A stretch of DNA of 37,692 bases from a virus: positions 1 through 37,692 of IMG/VR virus record IMGVR_UViG_3300016474_000192. One strand, 5' to 3'. Shown here piece after piece: positions 8,347-14,546 of the stretch. The notes under the pieces were generated by a model. It saw only the letters and a program-made list of their open reading frames with translations. It was not told where the DNA came from and did not search any database. The position numbers were made by a program, and so were the translations under genes. The stretch's first letter is position 1. Each line of letters opens with the position of its first letter.

Positions 8347-8457
8347 TTAGTTGCTCCGGTTAAAAGCGCGCCAGATACGCACGGCGCTGTTTGCGATGGA
8401 AAGGGTCGCGGCGATTGCCGCCGCGACAAATAGCAAAGTGGTTGCAGCTTGCAGCAC
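8347..8457 (-). CDS. Possible 36-aa single-pass membrane peptide (GTG start)
   Basis: (V/M)LQAATTLLFVAAAIAATLSIANSAVRIWRAFNRSN. Fills the gap between two genes. Its 3' end carries the SD of the DnaN-like gene. Confidence 0.35.
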   Translation of the reverse strand: MLQAATTLLFVAAAIAATLSIANSAVRIWRAFNRSN

Positions 8458-8461
8458 GGCG

Positions 8462-8713
8462 TTAATATCTCGCCTTATCGCCAAACACGGCGTTCGGCAT
8501 AAGCGCCTTAAGCGCGGTTTGCAGGTGGGCGTCTTTATAGTCAGGATAGCCGCCGACAAAGTCGTCACCGATCGCGCGGTATGCGCCGGAGCGGTGCAGC
8601 ACCGTCCAAGCGTCGCGCCCGGTCTTTACATCCTCAAAAGTAAAGCCATGGCGGTCCAGAAAGGCCGCGCCCATATCGCGGATGATTGCAAGGTGACTGT
8701 CTGATACTTTCAT
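8462..8713 (-). CDS. Hypothetical protein, 83 aa (first gene of the leftward operon)
   Basis: Leader CACAACGGAGCAACTGAC before the ATG at 8713. MKVSDSHLAIIRDMGAAFLDRHGFTFEDV... Confidence 0.75.
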   Translation of the reverse strand: MKVSDSHLAIIRDMGAAFLDRHGFTFEDVKTGRDAWTVLHRSGAYRAIGDDFVGGYPDYKDAHLQTALKALMPNAVFGDKARY

Positions 8714-8744
8714 GTCAGTTGCTCCGTTGTGTTGTCTGACATTC

Positions 8745-8773
8745 GTTCTAGTGACTTTGTAGGTAAGTGTCAA
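8745..8773 (-). promoter_or_regulatory. Candidate sigma70-type leftward early promoter
   Basis: On the minus strand: TTGACA (8773-8768), a 17-nt spacer, then TAGAAC (8750-8745). Lies about 30 nt upstream of the first leftward gene. The palindrome TGTCTGACA (8733-8741) sits at the predicted start site. Confidence 0.45.
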
Positions 8774-8794
8774 CACAAAAAGTGTTATAAAAGC

Positions 8795-9130
8795 TTTGGG
8801 TCATAGCCTACCCACAAAATACCCAAGAATGACCCAAGAATGACCCAAAAATTAACCCTCAAAAGCCAGAGAAAAAAATGTATGTTAGGAGGCGCTAATG
8901 TAAGGGCTGTTTTTGGGTAGTTTTGGGTGCCTAATTGGGTAGTTTTGTGGGTAGGGGATGACCCAAAGAAAAACGACGGAAATCTGCGCCGGGGCTGGGC
9001 TTTTGGGTCATTTGGGTAGTGTAGTGTTAAAAATTGAAAAGCTATCTTATTATTGAGAATGGTTCGCAATAAGGTTAGTTTACGGAGCGATTGAACTTTT
9101 GGAAATGATGACCCAAAAAACCCACAAAGT
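8795..9130. repeat. Iteron array, 14 or more copies of TTTGGGT(A/C)(G/A) or TTTGTGGGTAG in both orientations (putative ori, or terminase/regulator binding array)
   Basis: Plus-oriented copies at 8795, 8911, 8921, 8933, 8943, 9001 and 9011. Minus-oriented copies at 8808, 8820, 8830, 8841, (8853), 8959, 9109 and 9121. Tandem copies are spaced 10-12 bp apart. An AT-rich patch lies at 9020-9060. Confidence 0.8.
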
Positions 9131-9208
9131 AGTCCCCGCGCTTTCAGCCCACGCGCCCCGCGCAAAACGCCGCCGCGAAAAAAAATTCGCGCCACGCAAA
9201 GAAAAGTG

Positions 9209-9237
9209 TTGCGTTCGGTTTCGGCCTATGTCATACA
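9209..9237 (+). promoter_or_regulatory. Candidate rightward promoter for the hub transcript
   Basis: TTGCGT (9209-9214), a 17-nt spacer ending in TGt (extended -10), then CATACA (9232-9237). The predicted start near 9244 coincides with the 5' arm of the 13-bp helix. The same GTTGCGT -35 occurs at 35416. Confidence 0.3.
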
Positions 9238-9243
9238 GTTTGT

Positions 9244-9560
9244 GTCAAGGCCGCAAGGCTAGAGGCAGCGGGAACACGTTCCAACGACCCCAAGGGGCGG
9301 TAAGACGAAACGGAGATACAGTCTCCTACCAAGCGGGCCAGCGGTTGCGGTCTTGACGCCCAAAACAAAACGGCAATGGGTTCCACCCGCCGCCAGCAAT
9401 ATGTGTTTTGCATGGCCCAAACTGCCCAAGGGGAAATGACCCCGCGCAAAGCTGGCGGCAAATCGTTATTGCGAACGGTTCGCGGCTTGAGGGGGGAGGG
9501 GTAGGGCCTTGGCCGGTGTGTCTGACACGGGCTGGTACCGCAGACAATTTTTTTATTTTT
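9244..9560 (+). ncRNA. Candidate structured non-coding RNA, about 310 nt, of unknown family
   Basis: No credible ORF on either strand. 13-bp helix 9244-9256/9345-9357 (one G-U), 9-bp GC helix 9389-9397/9451-9459, hairpins at 9312-9326 and 9430-9443, and a G-tract at 9489-9506. Ends at terminator T1. Confidence 0.35.
9519..9560 (+). terminator. Intrinsic terminator T1
   Basis: TGTCTG(9519-9524)/CAGACA(9541-9546) plus inner CGG/CCG pairs, followed by TTTTTTTATTTTT (9548-9560). Confidence 0.65.
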
Positions 9561-9638
9561 GAAAAAGTGCTGTCCCATCCCGACACATCAGATGGCTTTT
9601 CGGTATAGGAACAGCATGGCAAGTCCATGTCGGGGGAG

Positions 9639-9681
9639 GCGGCGGCGTATTCGGGGATACGTCGCCGCTTTTTTATTTTTT
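9639..9681 (+). terminator. Intrinsic terminator T2 (strong)
   Basis: 12-bp stem GCGGCGGCGTAT(9639-9650)/ATACGTCGCCGC(9657-9668) with one G-U and the loop TCGGGG, followed by TTTTTTATTTTTT (9669-9681). Confidence 0.85.
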
Positions 9682-9713
9682 GAAATTTGCAAAACCAGAC
9701 CGCATCATTTAAT
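9680..9713 (+). promoter_or_regulatory. Candidate late promoter giving a leaderless or near-leaderless terS mRNA
   Basis: Either TTTGCA(9686-9691)-N16-TTTAAT(9708-9713) or TTGAAA(9680-9685)-N17-CATCAT(9703-9708). The terS ATG (9722) has no SD and lies 8 nt after TTTAAT. Confidence 0.3.
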
Positions 9714-9721
9714 GTAGCAGC

Positions 9722-10225
9722 ATGACCTTCTACTCCCTGCCGTTCACGCCAGAGCGCCCAGAAGCCACTGAGGCGCGTCTGGAAGCGATCTACGAAGCTG
9801 CGCGCTGCGGCCTGAAGGGCGACAGTCTCGCGCTGGCCGCTGGCTTGACCCCGGCGCAGTACCGCCGCCTGCACGAATTCGACCCGCTGGTGGAGATGGC
9901 CGAAATGAAGGGCCGCGCCGACGGGGAACTTACGGCAGCCAAGGCGCTATACGACGCGGCAGCCGCTGGCGACACCAAGGCGGCGCTGGACATCCTGAAG
10001 CATCAGCACGGCTGGGTCGCCAAGCAACAGGTCGAAGTCAGCATCGACCAGCAAATCAGCATTACGGGCGCGCTGGAGAAGGCCCAGCAGCGCGTCATCG
10101 AAGGGCTGTACACCGAAGTACCCAGCCTGACCCATTCAGAGGAACACCATGCAGACGCCGATTTACGACGCCACAGGCGAGATGGAACTGATGGCGCGGC
10201 TGTGGTCGCCCACGATCAAGGATGA
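9722..10225 (+). CDS. terS: Terminase small subunit (putative)
   Basis: First gene of the late operon, directly upstream of terL. HTH-like segment GLKGDSLALAAGLTPAQYRRL. The 3' end overlaps terL by 77 nt. Confidence 0.65.
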   Translation: MTFYSLPFTPERPEATEARLEAIYEAARCGLKGDSLALAAGLTPAQYRRLHEFDPLVEMAEMKGRADGELTAAKALYDAAAAGDTKAALDILKHQHGWVAKQQVEVSIDQQISITGALEKAQQRVIEGLYTEVPSLTHSEEHHADADLRRHRRDGTDGAAVVAHDQG

Positions 10226-11684
10226 CCCACTAGCCTTCGTCCTGTTGACTTTTCCGTGGCGCGAACCGGGCACGCCGCTGGAACACTTTGACGGGCCGCG
10301 CAAGTGGCAGCGGCAAATCCTTGCTGACATCCGCGACCACATCAAGGCCAACCAAGGCAAGGTGGACTTCGACACATTTCGTGAAGCGGTGGCGTCCGGG
10401 CGCGGGATCGGCAAGTCGGCCCTAGTGTCGTGGCTGGTCATCTGGATGCTGACCACGCGCATTGGCTCGACGACCATCGTGTCGGCCAACAGCGAGGCGC
10501 AGCTACGGTCGGTAACATGGGCGGAAATTACCAAGTGGTTGGCCATGTCGCTAAACAGCCACTGGTTCGAGATTGCCGCCACGCGCATCATGCCCGCCAA
10601 GTGGCTGACTGAACTGGTCGAGCGCGACCTGAAGAAAGGCACGCGCTACTGGTCGGTCGAAGGCCGCCTGTGGTCCGAAGAGAACCCTGACGCCTACGCA
10701 GGGGTCCACAACTTCGACGGCGTGATGCTGGTATTCGACGAAGCCAGCGGTATCCCCGACAGCATCTGGTCCGTGGCGGATGGTTTCTTCACGGAAAACA
10801 CGCCGCATCGCTTCCATTTGGCGTTTTCCAACCCGCGCCGCAACACAGGGTATTTCTATGAAACATTCCACGGAAAACGGGCGTTTTGGCGTCAGCGTAA
10901 CATTGACGCCCGCGAAGTCGAGGGCACTGACAAGAACGTATACCAACGAATTATCGACGAATATGGGCCTGATAGCTATCAAGCCAACGTTGAAGTATAC
11001 GGTCAGTTCCCGTCGGAAGGTGACGACCAGTTCATAGCGTCCAATCTGGTCGATGACGCGATGAAACGGCCCAAGCACAAGGATGAAACGGCGCCGATTA
11101 CGGTCGGCGTGGACCCGGCGCGCTTCGGGGCCGACGCTACCGTCATCGCCGTGCGGCAAGGCCGCGACATCATCACCCTGAAGCGTCACCGGGGCGCCGA
11201 TACGATGGAAGTGGTCGGTCACGTCATCGACGCGATAGAGGAATACAAGCCCGCGCTGGTCTGCATCGACGAAGGCGGGCTAGGCGCAGGCGTCGTGGAC
11301 CGCCTGAAAGAGCAGCGCTACAAGGTGCGCGGCGTCAACTTCGCCAACAAGGCCAAAAATCAGCTAATGTGGGGCAACAAACGCGCCGAAATGTGGGGCG
11401 CGATGCGCGACTGGCTGAAAGACGCCAGTATTCCCGACGACAGGTTCCTGAAAACCGACCTGATCGGCCCCATGACCAAGCCAGACAGCAAGGGAACGCT
11501 GTTTCTGGAAAGCAAAAAGGACATGAAGTCGCGCGGGCTGGCCTCACCAGACGCCGCAGACGCGATTGCGCTGACTTTTGCCTTCCCGGTGGCGTCACGC
11601 GAGTTCCGCGCGGATCGAATTGACAAAACGCGCCCCCGCAGCTACTCTGGGGCTGGGATTTCTACATCTTGGATGGGCAGTTAA
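10149..11684 (+). CDS. terL: Terminase large subunit
   Basis: Walker A GRGIGKSALVSWL and Walker B MLVFDEASGIP, with a C-terminal nuclease-like region. GAGGAA SD before the ATG at 10149. In-frame ATGs at 10182 and 10191 are alternative starts. Confidence 0.9.
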   Translation: MQTPIYDATGEMELMARLWSPTIKDDPLAFVLLTFPWREPGTPLEHFDGPRKWQRQILADIRDHIKANQGKVDFDTFREAVASGRGIGKSALVSWLVIWMLTTRIGSTTIVSANSEAQLRSVTWAEITKWLAMSLNSHWFEIAATRIMPAKWLTELVERDLKKGTRYWSVEGRLWSEENPDAYAGVHNFDGVMLVFDEASGIPDSIWSVADGFFTENTPHRFHLAFSNPRRNTGYFYETFHGKRAFWRQRNIDAREVEGTDKNVYQRIIDEYGPDSYQANVEVYGQFPSEGDDQFIASNLVDDAMKRPKHKDETAPITVGVDPARFGADATVIAVRQGRDIITLKRHRGADTMEVVGHVIDAIEEYKPALVCIDEGGLGAGVVDRLKEQRYKVRGVNFANKAKNQLMWGNKRAEMWGAMRDWLKDASIPDDRFLKTDLIGPMTKPDSKGTLFLESKKDMKSRGLASPDAADAIALTFAFPVASREFRADRIDKTRPRSYSGAGISTSWMGS

Positions 11685-11687
11685 ATC

Positions 11688-11945
11688 ATGGCCAAGTACC
11701 CTATCTCCGTTACGATCAAAAAAACACCGCTGAAAGCCGCTGCCCCGAAGGTTGTAGCGCCTAAGCCGAAGCCCATGCCAGCGCCAAAGCCGAACAAGGC
11801 CGCTACGCAGGCAACTCTGGGCCGTGCAGAGCGCGTGCAACGCGAAGAAGCTGCCGAAAGCCTGCTGATGCGCCGCCGTCCAGCTGCCAAGGACGTGATT
11901 AGCGTCACGACCCGTATGCGCGAAACTCCGACCAAAAAGAAGTAA
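11688..11945 (+). CDS. Lys/Pro/Ala-rich basic protein, 85 aa
   Basis: AAAPKVVAPKPKPMPAPKPNKAA low-complexity basic sequence, between terL and portal. Confidence 0.6.
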   Translation: MAKYPISVTIKKTPLKAAAPKVVAPKPKPMPAPKPNKAATQATLGRAERVQREEAAESLLMRRRPAAKDVISVTTRMRETPTKKK

Positions 11946-11946
11946 C

Positions 11947-14184
11947 ATGGCTGATCCTACAGGCATCAATAGCGCTGGCAGTGTTGCCAATGTAGGCTCT
12001 AACCCGTCCACGGGTAAGCGCGACGACGATACGATGGCCACCATGCGCAGCCGCCTGCAAATGGCGATGGCCGCGTATTCGGACAGCCGCGAGGATGAAC
12101 TGGACGACCTGCGCTTCATGGCCGGGTCGCCCGACAACCAGTGGCAGTGGCCCGCTGACGTGCTGGCGACGCGTGGTGCGGTGCAGGGGCAGTCAATCAA
12201 CGCCCGCCCCTGCCTGACGATCAACAAGCTGCCGCAGCACGTCCGGCAGGTCACGAACGAGCAGCGCCAGAACCGCCCCAGCGGCAAGGTCATCCCGGCG
12301 GACGACAACGCCGACGTGCAGGTAGCGGAGATTTTCAACGGCGTCGTGCGGCATATCGAGTATATGTCCGACGCTGACGTGGCCTACGACACGGCCTGCG
12401 ACAATCAGGTGACGTACGGCGAAGGCTACATCCGCCTGCTGACCGAGTACTGCAACGAAGACAGCTTCGACCAAGACATCCGCATTGGCCGCATCCGCAA
12501 CGCGTTTTCGGTCTACATGGACCCGACCATCCAAGACCCGTGCGGCGCGGACGCCAAGTGGTGCTTCATCACCGAAGACATCTTGAAGTCCGAATACGAA
12601 GAGATGTTTCCTGACGCTACGCCCGTCTCGACGCTGATGGCGCAAGGCGTCGGCAACGAAAGCATGGCGCAGTGGCTGGCGGAAGACACCATTCGCATCG
12701 CGGAATACTTCTACTACACCCACGAACGCACCACGCTGCACCTTTACCCGGACAACCAGACCGCGTTCACGCGCACGCCCAAAGACAAGCAGCTTATGGC
12801 GCTGTTTGGCAAGCCTATCCGCACCCGCGAAGTGACCCGCAAAAAGGTCATGTGGATGAAGACCAACGGCTTCGACGTTCTGGAAGAGCGCGAATGGCCG
12901 GGCAAGTGGATACCCGTCGTCCGCGTCGTCGGTAACGAATGGGAAGTCGAAGGACGGATGTACATTTCGGGCCTTGTGCGCAACGCCAAGGACGCCCAGC
13001 GGATGTACAACTATTGGGTCAGCCAAGAGGCAGAAATGCTGGCGCTGGCCCCCAAGGCACCGTTTATTGGCTACGGTGGGCAGTTCGAAGGCTACGAAAT
13101 GCAGTGGAAGACTGCCAATACGACCAACTGGCCGTATCTGGAAGTCAATCCCGACGTAACGGACGGCGCTGGTAACGTCCTGCCCCTCCCGCAACGCGCC
13201 GCACCGCCGTTGCCCCAGACGGGCCTCATTCAGGCCAAAATGGGGGCTGCTGACGACATTAAGTCCACCACGGGGCAGTATGACGCCAGCTTGGGCGCGC
13301 AGGGCAACGAGCGGTCCGCCAAGGCCATCGTAGCACGCGAAAAGCAGGGTGACGTTGGCACCTATCACTACGTCGATAACCTTGCCCGCGCCATCCGCCA
13401 TATCACGCGACAAATCGTGGATTTGATCCCGAAAATTTACGACACCCAGCGCATTGCCCGTATCATCGGCGTCGATGGCGAGGTGGACATGGTCAAGTTC
13501 AACCCGATGCAGCCAGAGCCGGTCAAGGAAATTAAAGATCCGATCACTGGCGCGACCATCGAAAAAATCTACAACCCCAGCGTCGGCACTTACGACGTTA
13601 TGGTTACGACCGGCCCCGGCTACATGACCAAGCGTCAGGAAGCGCTGGACGCCATGAGCCAGATTTTGCAGACCAATCCGCAGCTTTGGACCGTGGCTGG
13701 CGACCTGTTCATCAAGAACATGGATTGGCCGGGCGCGCAGGAAATGGCGCAGCGGTTCAAGAAGATTTTGGACCCGAAGGTTCTGTCGCAAGGCGACCAA
13801 TCGCCTGAAATGATGGCCGCGCAGCAGCAGATCGAAGCGATGACGCAGGAACTAAACCGCGTCACCGACATCTTGGAGAATATCCAAGACAGCGCTGAAC
13901 AGCAGAAGGTCGAAATTGACCGCTACAAGGCCGAAATTGACGCGTACAACGCCGAAACCAAGCGCATTGCGGCAGTTCAGAACAGCATGACGCCGGAACA
14001 AATCCAAGACATCGTCATGGGTACGATTGCCGCTGCTTTGGACACTGGCGACCTGATTGGTGGTGCGCCTGAAATGCGCGAAATGCCGGAAGCCGAAGAA
14101 CCAAACGAAGCGTCGGAAGCACCGGAAATGCCAGAGATGGCGCCTGAAATGCCCGAAGGAATGGCCGAAAATGAGCAAATGTAA
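11947..14184 (+). CDS. Portal protein (P22 gp1-like)
   Basis: 745 aa, directly after terL. DTIRIAEYFYYT resembles P22 portal DTIQIAEFYEVV. Long helical C-terminus with an acidic PEM-repeat tail. Confidence 0.88.
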   Translation: MADPTGINSAGSVANVGSNPSTGKRDDDTMATMRSRLQMAMAAYSDSREDELDDLRFMAGSPDNQWQWPADVLATRGAVQGQSINARPCLTINKLPQHVRQVTNEQRQNRPSGKVIPADDNADVQVAEIFNGVVRHIEYMSDADVAYDTACDNQVTYGEGYIRLLTEYCNEDSFDQDIRIGRIRNAFSVYMDPTIQDPCGADAKWCFITEDILKSEYEEMFPDATPVSTLMAQGVGNESMAQWLAEDTIRIAEYFYYTHERTTLHLYPDNQTAFTRTPKDKQLMALFGKPIRTREVTRKKVMWMKTNGFDVLEEREWPGKWIPVVRVVGNEWEVEGRMYISGLVRNAKDAQRMYNYWVSQEAEMLALAPKAPFIGYGGQFEGYEMQWKTANTTNWPYLEVNPDVTDGAGNVLPLPQRAAPPLPQTGLIQAKMGAADDIKSTTGQYDASLGAQGNERSAKAIVAREKQGDVGTYHYVDNLARAIRHITRQIVDLIPKIYDTQRIARIIGVDGEVDMVKFNPMQPEPVKEIKDPITGATIEKIYNPSVGTYDVMVTTGPGYMTKRQEALDAMSQILQTNPQLWTVAGDLFIKNMDWPGAQEMAQRFKKILDPKVLSQGDQSPEMMAAQQQIEAMTQELNRVTDILENIQDSAEQQKVEIDRYKAEIDAYNAETKRIAAVQNSMTPEQIQDIVMGTIAAALDTGDLIGGAPEMREMPEAEEPNEASEAPEMPEMAPEMPEGMAENEQM

Positions 14185-14536
14185 CGAGTTCGTCGGTATG
14201 CTGTTTCTGGCGCGGGATGTGGCCCATTCCGCGCACTTGAACACGCGCAGCTACGCCAAGCACGTTGCGTTAAACGGTTTCTATGACAGTGTCATCGACT
14301 TGGCGGACAAATTTGCGGAAGCCTATCAAGGTAAATACGGCCTGATTGGCCCGATTGCGCTCATGTCGGCCAAGAAGACAAACAACGTGGTCGAATTTCT
14401 GGAAGGGCAGGTAGAAGACCTAGAAGCCATGCGCTACAAAGTCGTAGACAAGGATTGTACGCCGCTTCAAAACATCATCGACGAGATTTTCGGGCTATAT
14501 TACTCGACTATCTACAAACTCAAATTTTTGGCGTAA
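14171..14536 (+). CDS. Dps/ferritin-like four-helix-bundle protein, 121 aa (putative)
   Basis: ATG at 14171 overlaps the portal 3' end. H19, H31, D46 and E50 reproduce the Dps ferroxidase ligand spacing H-x11-H-x14-D-x3-E. Confidence 0.45.
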   Translation: MSKCNEFVGMLFLARDVAHSAHLNTRSYAKHVALNGFYDSVIDLADKFAEAYQGKYGLIGPIALMSAKKTNNVVEFLEGQVEDLEAMRYKVVDKDCTPLQNIIDEIFGLYYSTIYKLKFLA

Positions 14537-14546
14537 GGACTAGCTA

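Noticed and set aside
9174-9191. CGCGAA-A6-TTCGCG hairpin and CGCG-rich direct repeats (9157, 9173, 9192) as a minus-strand terminator or DnaA/CtrA boxes
   Set aside because: The stem is only 6 bp with an A-only loop. There is no match to TTATCCACA or TTAA-N7-TTAA consensus sites. Evidence is insufficient.
8785-9195. 136-aa minus-strand ORF covering the intergenic hub
   Set aside because: Its sequence (…LGSFLGILWVGYDPKLL, WLLRVNFWVILG…) is only the translation of the TTGGGT/ACCCAA iterons. It has no SD and low-complexity composition.
8733-9527. The palindrome TGTCTGACA occurs twice (8733-8741 at the predicted leftward start site; 9519-9527 as the 5' arm of T1), and similar GTGTGTCT occurs at 35404-35411. 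A possible operator.
   Set aside because: Recurrence of some 9-mer within about 1 kb is expected by chance, roughly 1-2 times. The second copy is already explained as a terminator stem. It is kept only as a hint, to be tested by footprinting with the XRE-type protein.
9231-9874. ORFs 9231..9578(-), 9326..9874(-), 9099..9356(+) and 9408..9608(+)
   Set aside because: They are Arg/Pro/Gly/Cys-rich, span intrinsic terminators, have no SDs, and overlap the terS start antisense. They look like typical high-GC spurious frames.
14090-14184. PEM-type acidic repeats (APEMREMPEAEEPNEASEAPEMPEMAPEMPEG) at the portal C-terminus as a separate feature or DNA tandem repeat
   Set aside because: This is low-complexity sequence within the portal ORF. 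The DNA copies are imperfect and short. Nothing suggests more than a disordered acidic tail.
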